Both the position numbers and the translations under genes were made by a program. This document shows, in pieces, positions 46,700-56,886 of a DNA stretch of 64,000 nt. The notes under the pieces were generated by a model. The model searched no databases. It was not told the DNA's origin and was given only the letters and a program-made list of their open reading frames with translations. Source of the stretch: Candidatus Poribacteria bacterium (GTDB lineage: Bacteria > Poribacteria > WGA-4E > WGA-3G); NCBI GenBank assembly GCA_965242965.1, contig OZ251518.1:128001-192000 (forward strand). The letters run 5' to 3'. The first letter of the stretch is position 1. Each line of letters starts with the position of its first letter.

Positions 46700-48724
46700 T
46701 TACTGAATTTGCGTTTTTCGTGTATACCTGAGAATCGTCCCGTATTGTCCCACCACCCATCCACTCTCCGAGCTGCTCATGTGGATAGCTTTCAGATCGG
46801 TGCGAGTATCGGTGCGCTGTGGCCTCCAGTTTTTACCGGCATCCCGCGTATGCAACACAAGTCCCGCTTTCCCGACAACCCATCCCTCCGTTTCAGAGAT
46901 GAAAAAGACATCGTCCAGATTGTTTTGTGTGTGCGATTCTTGATGAATCCACGTTCTTCCGCCATTTTCTGTATGCAAGATTAGTCCGTCAATTCCAACA
47001 ACCCAACCTATGTTGTCCGAGACGAAATAAACGGCATCAAACCAAGCCTGACTGTAGCGGGTATCCTTGTGTTTCGCGATGCTCTCGTCAAGATGCCACG
47101 TCTTTCCTCCATCGCGCGTGTAAAGAATAGTGCCGAGTATCCCGACTGCCCACCCGCGCAGTTTTGAGGTGAAGTGAACGTCAAAGAGATTCGCGTTGGT
47201 GCCGCTTCTTTGCGGTTGCCACGTCTTCCCGCCATCATCGGTGTGGATAATCTCGCCGCCACTTCCGACGCACCAACCGGTTTCTTCGTCTATAAAGAAG
47301 ACAGCGAGGAGCTCTTGCTTCGTATCGGAACGTTGACGTTGCCAGAGACTGCCGCCGTTCGTGGTATGTAAGATAACGCCAGCCTCGGCGACTGCCCACC
47401 CTTTCTGTGGGGAGACAAAATGCGTCGCTCCAAAACACTCGGTGGTGCGGCTATCTTGCGCTTGCCACTTCTCCGTGCCATTGCCAAACTGCAGAATCGC
47501 ACCCCGGTCTCCGACGACGTATCCTTTATTTCGCGAAACGGCGTAAACATCAACGAGAAGATGACTCGGACTGGATTGCGATTCCCATGTCACGCCGCCG
47601 TTGCGGGTGTGCAAAATGGTGCCGTTTTCACCGACTGTCCATCCCAATTGCGCCGAGATAAAGTCAACGCCGAGCAGGAGTGCATCCGCGCTGTTATGAA
47701 AGCGCGGGCCGCCGCGTTGATGCTTCCACTTCTTCCCATCCGTGTGGAGGATTACCCCCAAGTCGCCGACAATCCAGCCGCGTAAGTGGGAATCAACATC
47801 GGCATTGACGAAATCCACATCGTAGAGCGCAAAGGTATGGAGTTGTTCGTTACCGAGGTATTCGGGTTGTCCGTAACTCTGTTTGTGGCGTTGGTTGCTG
47901 CCAGCCGTCACCAATTCCCAAGTTTTTCCACCATCGGTTGTTGCGAAAAGACTGCGCTTGTCTCCGACTACCCATCCCCTCATTCTGTCCGCAAAGTGCA
48001 GGCTAAACAACGCTTGTTCCGTTGCAAACTGCTCTGTCCACGTTTCGCCGCTATCTATCGTCGCATAGATATGTCCTGATTCTTGGCTGCTTGAATAGGT
48101 GATAACCCATCCGTGGGTATCGTCAACAAAATGGATGCCGCGCAGGGCCCTGTTTCGGAACAAGGCGGTTCTCCCTATATCTCTCCACGTTTTGCCGCCA
48201 TCGGTGGACTTCAGCAGTGTGCCCCAATCGCCGACTACCCATCCGGTGTCTCCTAAAATAGAGACATCGTGCAGGTTATTTTGCGTGCCGGTTTCAAGCC
48301 GTTTCCATGTCTGTCCGCTATCGGTTGTAGAGATGAGGGTGCCTCCATCACCGACTACCCATCCCTCGGATGCATTGCGGAAGTAGACTTTCCGTAGCGG
48401 TTTCCCGAAGATGCCGCTGTGTTGCCGATGCCAGTTTTTGCCACTATCGTCAGTAGAAATGATAAGGCTCTCCGCGTCCCTCATTTCACCGTGCCGCGGC
48501 GGTTCAAAATTCCCGACTGCCCATCCTCGGTTTTCCGAGACGAAGTGGACATCGTAGAGGTGCGCGCTCCAATCGCCTTTGACAACGGTTTTCCACTCCC
48601 CCCACTGTTTAAAATGCTTCGATGGTGCATCGCCACATGCCAACATGAAGCAGCAGGGCAGCAGGACAGCCATGAAGTAAATCAGGTAAATCCTATGCCG
48701 TTTCAAACAGGACTTCGCTGACAT
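46700..48724 (-). CDS. Ycf48/BNR-repeat beta-propeller lipoprotein
   Basis: Many GW.VG..G.ILHT.DGG.TW repeats; LAC lipobox; start 48724 or 48673. Confidence 0.85.
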   Translation of the reverse strand: MSAKSCLKRHRIYLIYFMAVLLPCCFMLACGDAPSKHFKQWGEWKTVVKGDWSAHLYDVHFVSENRGWAVGNFEPPRHGEMRDAESLIISTDDSGKNWHRQHSGIFGKPLRKVYFRNASEGWVVGDGGTLISTTDSGQTWKRLETGTQNNLHDVSILGDTGWVVGDWGTLLKSTDGGKTWRDIGRTALFRNRALRGIHFVDDTHGWVITYSSSQESGHIYATIDSGETWTEQFATEQALFSLHFADRMRGWVVGDKRSLFATTDGGKTWELVTAGSNQRHKQSYGQPEYLGNEQLHTFALYDVDFVNADVDSHLRGWIVGDLGVILHTDGKKWKHQRGGPRFHNSADALLLGVDFISAQLGWTVGENGTILHTRNGGVTWESQSSPSHLLVDVYAVSRNKGYVVGDRGAILQFGNGTEKWQAQDSRTTECFGATHFVSPQKGWAVAEAGVILHTTNGGSLWQRQRSDTKQELLAVFFIDEETGWCVGSGGEIIHTDDGGKTWQPQRSGTNANLFDVHFTSKLRGWAVGILGTILYTRDGGKTWHLDESIAKHKDTRYSQAWFDAVYFVSDNIGWVVGIDGLILHTENGGRTWIHQESHTQNNLDDVFFISETEGWVVGKAGLVLHTRDAGKNWRPQRTDTRTDLKAIHMSSSESGWVVGQYGTILRYTRKTQIQ

Positions 48725-49499
48725 CGTGGAGCCCCCTAGGTGCGTCCAGCACCCATCTCGCCGCCCGAATCGCGCCTTTGGCGAATGCCTCTGGACTGTG
48801 CGCGCGATGGACAACGCTGAGCTGCTCGCCTTCCGTTGCGAAGAGCACGGTGTGGTCTCCTGCAATATCGCCGCCTCGGACTGCATGCACGCCGATTTCC
48901 TTCTGGCTCCGCGGGCCGACGATGCCGTGGCGGCCGTAAACGCCTACCTCTGCCAGATCTCGTCCGAGTGCCGAAGCCACGGTTTCCGCTAATCGGAGTG
49001 CTGTGCCGCTCGGCGAGTCTGCCTTGTGGTTATGGTGCGCCTCAATTATCTCAACGTTGTAGTCATCGCCGAGTGCCTTTGCAATTAATTCTAATGCCTG
49101 TATCATCACGTTTACGCCGAGGCTCATATTCGGTGCCATGACGCACCGGATTTTCGCTGCGAGCTCCCGCACGGTTGCGAGCTCTTCCGGATTAAACCCC
49201 GTTGTGGCGATTATCATCGCTTTATCTGCATCGACAACCTGTCGCAGGTGTTGCAGCGTTGCTTCGGGTTGCGAGAATTCAATGACAACGTCGCCGCTGT
49301 TAAGCACGTCGCCGAGTTCACCGGTGATGGGGACACCGATGTCGCCGATGCCCGCGACAACGCCGACATCGCTTCCGATTTGCGGGTGCGCCGGGTATTC
49401 AATCGCACCGACGATTTCCATATCTGTTTGTTGGGCAACGCCTTGGGTGATGAGTCGTCCCATGCGGCCGGATGCCCCGTTGACTATGACTCCAATCAT
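48693..49499 (-). CDS. dapB: 4-hydroxy-tetrahydrodipicolinate reductase
   Basis: GASGRMG, APNMSLGVN, EAHHNHKADSPSGTA, RGGDIAGDH. Confidence 0.95.
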   Translation of the reverse strand: MIGVIVNGASGRMGRLITQGVAQQTDMEIVGAIEYPAHPQIGSDVGVVAGIGDIGVPITGELGDVLNSGDVVIEFSQPEATLQHLRQVVDADKAMIIATTGFNPEELATVRELAAKIRCVMAPNMSLGVNVMIQALELIAKALGDDYNVEIIEAHHNHKADSPSGTALRLAETVASALGRDLAEVGVYGRHGIVGPRSQKEIGVHAVRGGDIAGDHTVLFATEGEQLSVVHRAHSPEAFAKGAIRAARWVLDAPRGLHDVSEVLFETA

Positions 49500-49574
49500 T
49501 TTTTGTTTCTCCGAATTAGTTTTTTATTGGGACAGCTGCGGAAATCTGGCATTTGCATCTGTCATATTTTTATT

Positions 49575-49826
49575 GAGGATGTTTCATAAATCCGTCGCCA
49601 GGCCCTGTAGGTCAAGATCGCCTGATCTTGACCTGTTTGTGATCAGGCGATCACAAACTACAGAGAGGGGGCCGTAGGACCTAAAAACATAACTTGACGA
49701 CGGCCAACGCGGGGGACAGGCCCCCGCGCTACGGGAACATCGAGACCAGGAGGTCTCGCCTACCCGAAGAAATCGAGACCAGGAGGTCTCTCCTACCGAG
49801 AAGACATTGATATATGAAACACTCTC
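49575..49826. mobile_element. TIR-bounded REP element without matching TSD
   Basis: GAGGATGTTTCATAAAT ... TATGAAACACTCTC; flanks ATTTTTATT and AGTATTATA differ. Confidence 0.75.
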
Positions 49827-49829
49827 AGT

Positions 49830-49859
49830 ATTATACACGGACTTTCCCAAAGATGTCAA
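49830..49859 (-). promoter_or_regulatory. Consensus sigma70 promoter within the lipA 3' end, pointing at dapB
   Basis: TTGACA-18-TATAAT. Confidence 0.65.
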
Positions 49860-50769
49860 GTTTTTTCGGCGCAGGTTCAGAAAGCGACGCTTGTTCCGCT
49901 GCATGATAAGAGCTCCGCACCAGCGGTCCCGATTCTACGTGCCGAAATCCCATCTCCAAACCTGCCGCTTTGAGTTCCTCGAATTCTGCAGGGGTGTAGT
50001 AACGTTGGATTGGCAGGTGGCGCGGCGAAGGTGAAAGATACTGTCCTATCGTCAAAATATCGCAGCCAGTATCGCAGATATCCTGCATCGTCTCTAAAAG
50101 TTCGGTGACGGTTTCGCCTAACCCTACCATGAGTCCTGATTTCGTCAGGAGGCGCGCGTTGAACTGTTTACCCATTCGGAGCAGGTTGAGCGTTTGTGTG
50201 TAATTCGCGTAAGGACGCACGCGGCGATAGAGCCGCGGCACCGTCTCCGTGTTATGATTTAGCACCTCTGGCTTCGCTTGGACGATGACTTGGAGTGCAT
50301 CCCAGTTTCCCTCGAGGTCTGGGATGAGCACCTCCACTGTGCAATCGGGCTGATGTTTCCGCGCTTCAGCGATGCACGCCGCGAAGATGCCGGCACCGCC
50401 ATCTGCTAAATCGTCGCGGTTAACAGAAGTAATCACGACATGCTTGAGTTGCAAATACCCGACTGCTTCTCCCAGTCTGCGCGGCTCATCGGTATCGACA
50501 TGAGTGGGATTCCCTTTTTTCACTGCGCAGAACATGCATCGGCGTGTGCAGACATCGCCGAGTATCATGAAAGTAGCCGTGCGGCTGTTCCAACATTCGC
50601 CGATGTTCGGGCATCGCGCCTCTTCACAAACGGTGTGGAGCGATAAGTTTCGCATTAACTTTTTCAGTTCGGCGTAGTGGCCGCCCCCCGGAATGCGCGC
50701 TTTAATCCATGAGGGGTGTCTGCGTTGCTGTGTTGTTGCTGAATCAAATATCGGAAGCGGTTTGAGCAT
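49831..50769 (-). CDS. lipA: Lipoyl synthase
   Basis: CEEARCPNIGEC, CTRRCMFC, NHNTETV, GPLVRSSYHA. Confidence 0.97.
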   Translation of the reverse strand: MLKPLPIFDSATTQQRRHPSWIKARIPGGGHYAELKKLMRNLSLHTVCEEARCPNIGECWNSRTATFMILGDVCTRRCMFCAVKKGNPTHVDTDEPRRLGEAVGYLQLKHVVITSVNRDDLADGGAGIFAACIAEARKHQPDCTVEVLIPDLEGNWDALQVIVQAKPEVLNHNTETVPRLYRRVRPYANYTQTLNLLRMGKQFNARLLTKSGLMVGLGETVTELLETMQDICDTGCDILTIGQYLSPSPRHLPIQRYYTPAEFEELKAAGLEMGFRHVESGPLVRSSYHAAEQASLSEPAPKKLDIFGKVRV

Positions 50770-50817
50770 TTTTCTGTATGATGTGCTAAGTGTTCAATAG
50801 CGTTTGTCTTTGCGAGG

Positions 50818-51160
50818 CATCGAGACCAGGAGGTCTCTCCTACCGGGAAGAACTGAGTCAATTAACGGAGGTGTTTCATAACTCCGTTTCGGTATTTATC
50901 CCGCCTTGGAGGGCAGGCGAATACCGGAAGGCATTGGGCCACCTCTGTAGTTCGAGATCGCCCGATCTCGAACGGGTCAGGATCAGGCGAGCCTGACCTA
51001 CAGGGGTGAGAAGGTCTGCCAGCCAAACGCATGGCGAGGGAAACCCTCTCGGATGCGCGTGTGGCATCCGAGGCCCCTCGCGCTACGGGAAGGGGCGGCG
51101 TTTTTTCGCCGCAGCGCGGGGGCTGTCCCGGCGACGTTGAGCGATTTATGAAACACCCTG
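50818..51160. repeat. REP mosaic with degenerate TIRs (about 50867-51160) directly downstream of selC
   Basis: GGAGGTGTTTCATAA ... TTATGAAACACCCTG; no TSD. Confidence 0.8.
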
Positions 51161-51168
51161 AATAAAAA

Positions 51169-51262
51169 TGGCGGGAGAGGGTGGGAGTCGAACCCACCTA
51201 TCCACTTGCATGGACAAGCCGGTTTTGAAGACCGGTAGGGCCACCGGACCCTATCCTCCCCC
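51169..51262 (-). tRNA. selC: tRNA-Sec(TCA)
   Basis: 94 nt; 8-bp acceptor stem GGGGGAGG/CCTCTCCC, CCGGT-CT-TCA-AA-ACCGG anticodon arm, long variable arm, GCCA end; adjacent to selB. Confidence 0.95.
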
Positions 51263-51275
51263 ACAATGATAGTCA

Positions 51276-53237
51276 CTACTTTTGCAAGCGCGGATGCAAT
51301 CTACGGACATTGCCGTCCCGAATCGTGATGTTATCGCCATCGCACGCCTCTAAAAAAGGCACGGCATATTTCCTTGAAGTTTGCGCCAACTCGCGGAATT
51401 CTGCCACTGTCATCACCTCGTTTTTACGCAGGTAGTCGGTTAATAAGCGGACCGTTTCGTCAAAAACCTGTTTGTGAACGAAGAACTTATCGTCGATTTT
51501 GACGAACCGCCCCAATTTTACCAACGCGAAAAAGGTGGATTCAATGACGCGCGGTGTTTGATGGACAGACATGTCTGAAAGTTGCGTCAGCACTTCTTTC
51601 AACGTCGGTGTATTAATGCCAGCCTTGAGAAATAGCTGCTCCAATTTCTCCTTCGCGTTCTCCTCTTCTTCAGAGAACTGAATTTCGTGGGATGCCAACC
51701 GGAGTAGGTTTCCCTCTTTTACGAGATGCGCCTCTGCAATGAGTGCTTCTGTCAATTTCTCAAAGCCGAGTTTATCAAGCGCGAGTTGCCTGCAGAGTTG
51801 CGAGGCGTTCTGCCCGGCGAGGAGCGGCTGCGCCTCATGAAATGCCGCTAAGGCATCGCGAATCCGCTGTTTCGCTTCGGTGGCGCGCGCAGCATCCGAG
51901 ACAAGTGGGGTTCGGCTTGACGTATCCCATCGAACGATTTTCCCCTCACTCTCCAATGTCTTCAAGATTGCCGTTACGTCCTGCTGCGACTGCGGTAGAT
52001 AGTAATAGAGGACCGACTCTGGCACGCACAGCGTTGCTGTCTGCGCCAAGACAGCGTTCACCACTTGCGCATCGTCTGCCTCTTCCCATGCCGCCAGCGT
52101 GGCGACGGTTTCTTCGGTGAACCGCTTATGCTTCGGCGCGAACGGGTTAAGCACCAAGCCGCCGCCTACCGTATGTTGCCCAGAGAAATCGCGTAAAATG
52201 AGCCTATCCCCCCGGAACGTTAAGATAGGACGTTCTAAACGGAGTTGCACTTGAACGGCATCGCCGGGCAGAAGTGCCTCGTCCACGAGGAGAATCAGCC
52301 GGCAGAAGACTTCGCAGGTACCGAGGTAAGCGCGGAGCCGCGTCCAATGCTCCAAAATCCGAGGAAAAGAGGATAACACCTGCAAGGAGATGTCAAGGTT
52401 GTCTGTCACCTGCGAAAACGCTAGGGGACAAAGGACATCGCCTCGCTGGAGTTCCTGCGCCGAGGTACCGGACAGGTTCAACGCTGTCCGTTGTCCTGCC
52501 TCCGCCACCGTAGCAGGTTCATTATGCACCTGAATGCCGCGCACCCGCACGGTGTCACCGCGCGGAAGAAGCACCATCCGTTGCTCACGGTTGATAGAAC
52601 CGCCGATAAGCGTGCCGGTGACGACAACGCCGAAGCCCTGTATCGTGAAGACTCTGTCGACATACAGCCTCGGAATTCCATCGCCACTGCCGCCGCGTTC
52701 TCTTTTCAAGGAAACCTGCGTCACAATAGTCTGCTTCAACAACGCAATGCCTGCTCCCGTGATAGACGAAACGCTCACGGTAGGGATGCCTTCAAGTGTC
52801 GTGCCGACAAGCATTTCTTGCGTCATTTCCGTGGCCTCTGCCAACTCGCTTGGAGCCGCCAGGTCGGATTTCGTCATGACGAGGATGCCGTTTGAAATGC
52901 CGAGTAAATCCAAAATGGCGAGATGCTCAAGGGTTTGTTCTTGCACGCCTTCCTTCGCATCCACGACAAACAGCACCAGATCCATGCCGTAGGCACCGGA
53001 TAGCATATTCCTGATGAATTTTTCGTGCCCTGGCACATCGACAATCCCGGCGCGCGAACCGTCTGGCAAGTCAAAATAGGCGAAACCTAACTCAATAGAG
53101 AGTCCGCGTTCGCGCTCCTCTTTGAGCCGGTCCGTCTCAATGCCGGTGAGTGTGCCGACAAGCGCGGTTTTCCCGTGGTCTACGTGCCCAGCCGTTCCGA
53201 TGATGAGGTGTCTTCTGTCTTGATGCATAGGGTTCAC
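51276..53237 (-). CDS. selB: Selenocysteine-specific elongation factor
   Basis: GTAGHVDHGKT, DVPGHEKF, C-terminal winged-helix SRKYAVPFLE. Confidence 0.97.
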   Translation of the reverse strand: MNPMHQDRRHLIIGTAGHVDHGKTALVGTLTGIETDRLKEERERGLSIELGFAYFDLPDGSRAGIVDVPGHEKFIRNMLSGAYGMDLVLFVVDAKEGVQEQTLEHLAILDLLGISNGILVMTKSDLAAPSELAEATEMTQEMLVGTTLEGIPTVSVSSITGAGIALLKQTIVTQVSLKRERGGSGDGIPRLYVDRVFTIQGFGVVVTGTLIGGSINREQRMVLLPRGDTVRVRGIQVHNEPATVAEAGQRTALNLSGTSAQELQRGDVLCPLAFSQVTDNLDISLQVLSSFPRILEHWTRLRAYLGTCEVFCRLILLVDEALLPGDAVQVQLRLERPILTFRGDRLILRDFSGQHTVGGGLVLNPFAPKHKRFTEETVATLAAWEEADDAQVVNAVLAQTATLCVPESVLYYYLPQSQQDVTAILKTLESEGKIVRWDTSSRTPLVSDAARATEAKQRIRDALAAFHEAQPLLAGQNASQLCRQLALDKLGFEKLTEALIAEAHLVKEGNLLRLASHEIQFSEEEENAKEKLEQLFLKAGINTPTLKEVLTQLSDMSVHQTPRVIESTFFALVKLGRFVKIDDKFFVHKQVFDETVRLLTDYLRKNEVMTVAEFRELAQTSRKYAVPFLEACDGDNITIRDGNVRRLHPRLQK

Positions 53238-54019
53238 TCAGCACCGCCATCTTCTGCATGGATGAGTTTGCCGATGCGGTTGAAACGCACGTTGCCCACC
53301 ATTTTCCACACTTCCCACGGCTTCACCGGGCGATTTGCGAAGGACCAGTATATCATGAACGCTTGTCCTTTGATGTCCTCTACGTCCACTGGCCCCCACG
53401 TGCGGCTGTCGCTACTCTGGTCTCGGTTATCACCCATGGCGAACACGCTTCCCGCCGGCACGGTGAACGGTTTTCCATCGGGGAACTTCCGCCGAAACTG
53501 GCTTGATGTCAGGGTATAGTCCGCGAACGCCTCGTCATCAGGTAAATACGCGGGCTGCCGAAACGGTGGGAAATCGGAACCGCGCATGAAGTGCGAATGG
53601 AACGCGACATGCTTGGCGTACCCGCTGTCCTCAATCGGCTTGCCGTTGACATAGAGCTCCTTCCCGCGCGTCTCCACCGTATCCCCCGCGACGGCGACAA
53701 TACGCTTGATAAAATTGCGTTCCCTGTCGTGCGGCGGGATGAAGACGAACACATCGCCGCGCGCGGGCTTGTGGAAATCAAACACTTTGATGTCTGTCCC
53801 CGGCACTTTTATCCCGTAGATAAACTTGCACACCAGAATCCTGTCTCCGATGAGCAGCGTGTCCTCCATTGAACCTGATGGAATCTTAAACGCCTCCACC
53901 ACAAACGGACGGATAAACCCGAAAACGAGGATGAGCGCGACGACGATGACTTGGGTGTATTCCCAGATGACGGTTTGGCGGAATTTCTGCCACGGTGATA
54001 ACTGTGTATCGGTATTCAT
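53234..54019 (-). CDS. lepB: Signal peptidase I
   Basis: IPSGSMEDTL, FIKRIV, MGDNRDQSSDSR. Confidence 0.95.
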   Translation of the reverse strand: MNTDTQLSPWQKFRQTVIWEYTQVIVVALILVFGFIRPFVVEAFKIPSGSMEDTLLIGDRILVCKFIYGIKVPGTDIKVFDFHKPARGDVFVFIPPHDRERNFIKRIVAVAGDTVETRGKELYVNGKPIEDSGYAKHVAFHSHFMRGSDFPPFRQPAYLPDDEAFADYTLTSSQFRRKFPDGKPFTVPAGSVFAMGDNRDQSSDSRTWGPVDVEDIKGQAFMIYWSFANRPVKPWEVWKMVGNVRFNRIGKLIHAEDGGAE

Positions 54020-54048
54020 TCAAAAAGCCTCTCTCTAAATCAGTTTCC

Positions 54049-54804
54049 TCAACGAATCAACTTGCCGATGCGGTTGAATCGGACGGTGCCTACCCATTTC
54101 CAGAACTCCCAGAGGTGCGCCGGGCATGATGAAAAGACTATCATGAACGCTTGTCCTTTGATGTCCTCTACATCCACTGGCCCCCACGCGCGACTATCGC
54201 TACTCATATCCCGATTATCGCCCATGGCGAACACCATTCCTTCCGGCACAGTAAACGGCTTTCCCTCTGGAAATTTTCGCCGAAATTGACTTGTCGTCAA
54301 CGTGTAGTCGGCAAATGTCTCGTCATCGGGCAAATATGCTGGGCGACGGAACGGCGGAAAATCCGCATCGCCGAAACGTAAACTCCGCGCAACATGTTTG
54401 GTATATCCGCTATCGTCAACTGCTTCGCCGTTGACATAGAGCGTTTCGCCGCGCGTCTCCACCGTATCGCCGGTGACAGCGACGATGCGTTTAATGAAAT
54501 GGTGCTCCCTGTCGTGCGGCGGGAGAAAAACGAATACATCGCCGCGCGCCGGTTCGTGGAAATCGAGCACCTTGATGTCCGTCCCTGGCACCTTTATCCC
54601 GTAGATAAACTTGCACACCAAAACCTGGTCTCCGATGAGCAGCGTATCTTCCATAGAACCCGATGAAATCCGATACGCCTCTACGGCAAACGGGCGAATT
54701 AAGCCGAAGACGAGGATGAGCGAAACGACGATAGGTTTGGTGTGTTCCCATGCAAACACGTGGCGGATTTTCCGCAGTGGAGATAAGTAGGTGTCTTTGT
54801 TCAT
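54049..54804 (-). CDS. lepB: Signal peptidase I (tandem paralog)
   Basis: ISSGSMEDTL, FIKRIV, MGDNRDMSSDSR; start at MNKDTY. Confidence 0.93.
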   Translation of the reverse strand: MNKDTYLSPLRKIRHVFAWEHTKPIVVSLILVFGLIRPFAVEAYRISSGSMEDTLLIGDQVLVCKFIYGIKVPGTDIKVLDFHEPARGDVFVFLPPHDREHHFIKRIVAVTGDTVETRGETLYVNGEAVDDSGYTKHVARSLRFGDADFPPFRRPAYLPDDETFADYTLTTSQFRRKFPEGKPFTVPEGMVFAMGDNRDMSSDSRAWGPVDVEDIKGQAFMIVFSSCPAHLWEFWKWVGTVRFNRIGKLIR

Positions 54805-54847
54805 GAATTTTATTTTCCTCGGGCGGCGTGGCTGCGCCCATCTTTTT

Positions 54848-54876
54848 AATTTACCTGAATTCCTTTTTATTTTCAA
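54848..54876 (-). promoter_or_regulatory. Possible promoter for lepB
   Basis: TTGAAA-17-TAAATT. Confidence 0.4.
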
Positions 54877-54884
54877 GCGAAAAA

Positions 54885-55010
54885 TGCCGAACGATTTCGT
54901 TCTCGGAGGAGCTGCGAAGGACAGATTGACATATCTTCCTTCGCAACCCCAAGAATAGGCGGATAGAGACAGCCGCCTTTACCATCGAAAGAGACGAAAT
55001 GCCTCTGCAA
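54885..55010. ncRNA. Candidate structured RNA (three-way junction)
   Basis: Three helices visible by eye (see findings); no family recognised. Confidence 0.35.
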
Positions 55011-55021
55011 AAAACCGGCGA

Positions 55022-56827
55022 CTATTCGTCAATCTCTAACATCGCCGTAAACGCCTCTTGCGGGACATCCACGCTGCCGATCTGCTTCAGCCGTTTTTTG
55101 CCTGCTTTTTGGCGTTCCAGTAACTTGCGTTTGCGCGTAATATCGCCGCCGTAGCACTTCGCCGTGACGTTCTTCCGCAGCGGCCGCACCGTCTCACGCG
55201 CGATAATCTTGTTGCCAATCGCCGCCTGAATCGGCACTTCAAACATCTGCTGAGGAATGAGCTCCTTCAACTTGCCGACTAAAGTCTTGCCTCGCGCATC
55301 CGCTGTCTCGCGCGGCAAAATGGTGGAAAACGCATCGACAGGTTTGCCGTTGAGCAGTAGATCGAGTTTCACTAGATTCGCCGGTTTGTAGTCACCGATG
55401 TCATACTCTAGCGAACCGTATCCACGTGTGAGCGACTTGAGTTTCGGATAGAAATCAGTCAACATCTCGCCGAGGGGCAGTTCGTAAAGCAGTTGCACCC
55501 GCTGGGCATCCAACTGATTCATCCGTTTATAGACACCGCGCCGTTTTTGGCAAAGTTCCATCGCATTGCCGATGTATTCGCGCGGCACGATGATGTCAAT
55601 ATTGACATGCGGCTCCTCGATTCGTTCGATGTGTTGCAGTTCTGGGAGATGCGCAGGATTGTCAACGTCAATAGACTCGCCGGATTTCAGGTAGACGCGA
55701 TACATGACACTCGGCGCAGTCCGCACCAGAGCCAGTCCGAATTCACGCTCAAGCCGTTCGTGGATAATCTCCATGTGCAGCAGTCCCAAGAACCCGCACC
55801 GGAACCCAAATCCAAGTGCGACAGAGGTTTCCGGTTCAAAGTTAAATGATGCATCGTTAAGCCGAAGTTTATCCAATGCCTCCCGTAGCGCGTGGAACTG
55901 ATTCGTGTCGGCGGGGTAAAGTCCGCTGAACACGAGTGGTTTCATTTCGCGGTATCCGGGGAGCGGTGTCGATGTCGGATTCGCGTGATGCGTAATGGTA
56001 TCGCCGATCTTCGCCTTGTCAATCTCTCGTATCCCGGCGATGATGTAACCGACTGCACCGGTGTCCAAGGCTGTAGTCCGTTGCATTTGCGGCGTAAAGA
56101 TACCCACCTCTTCCACTTCATAGGCGCGGTGCGTCTTCATGAGCCGAATTTTCTGTCCCGGCGCAACATTTCCGTCAAAAATGCGGGTATACATGATGAC
56201 CCCGCGATAGTTGTCGTAGACAGAATCGAGGACGAGAGCCTTCAGGGATGATTCGGTTTCGCCCTGCGGTGGCGGGATGCGAGCTACGATAGCGTCTAAG
56301 ATAGCCGGAATGCCGATTCCTGCCTTCGCACTGGCGAGGAGCGCGTCGTCTCCAGGAATGCCGACGACTTCCTCAATTTGCTGTCTGATTTCGTCGGGCC
56401 GTGCGGCAGGCAAATCGATTTTATTGATAACCGGGATAATCTCCAGGTCATTATCAATTGCGAGGTAGGCGTTCGCCAAGGTTTGTGCCTCAACGCCTTG
56501 CGCCGCGTCAACGATTAAAATCGCGCCTTCGCAGGCGGCGAGGCTTCGCGATACCTCGTAGGTAAAATCGACGTGTCCGGGCGTATCAATCAGGTTGAGC
56601 TCGTATTGCTGTCCATCGGTGGTATAATGGAGTTTTGCGGCGGTAGCCTTAATGGTAATGCCGCGCTCCCGTTCGAGTTCCATCAAATCGAGGACCTGGT
56701 CGCGCATTTCGCGTTCGGCGAGAGTGTTCGTGTGCTCTAGGAGCCGGTCGCTTAGTGTGCTTTTCCCGTGGTCGATGTGCCCGAGGATGCAGAAGTTTCG
56801 GATGTTTTTCAGTTGCTGTTTTGACAT
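55022..56827 (-). CDS. lepA: Elongation factor 4
   Basis: [43 protein letters not shown]. Confidence 0.98.
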   Translation of the reverse strand: MSKQQLKNIRNFCILGHIDHGKSTLSDRLLEHTNTLAEREMRDQVLDLMELERERGITIKATAAKLHYTTDGQQYELNLIDTPGHVDFTYEVSRSLAACEGAILIVDAAQGVEAQTLANAYLAIDNDLEIIPVINKIDLPAARPDEIRQQIEEVVGIPGDDALLASAKAGIGIPAILDAIVARIPPPQGETESSLKALVLDSVYDNYRGVIMYTRIFDGNVAPGQKIRLMKTHRAYEVEEVGIFTPQMQRTTALDTGAVGYIIAGIREIDKAKIGDTITHHANPTSTPLPGYREMKPLVFSGLYPADTNQFHALREALDKLRLNDASFNFEPETSVALGFGFRCGFLGLLHMEIIHERLEREFGLALVRTAPSVMYRVYLKSGESIDVDNPAHLPELQHIERIEEPHVNIDIIVPREYIGNAMELCQKRRGVYKRMNQLDAQRVQLLYELPLGEMLTDFYPKLKSLTRGYGSLEYDIGDYKPANLVKLDLLLNGKPVDAFSTILPRETADARGKTLVGKLKELIPQQMFEVPIQAAIGNKIIARETVRPLRKNVTAKCYGGDITRKRKLLERQKAGKKRLKQIGSVDVPQEAFTAMLEIDE

Positions 56828-56886
56828 AGTTTAAACATTTTAACACAATTTCGTTAGATTTGCCAGAAAAAACGTAAAACCGTGCA

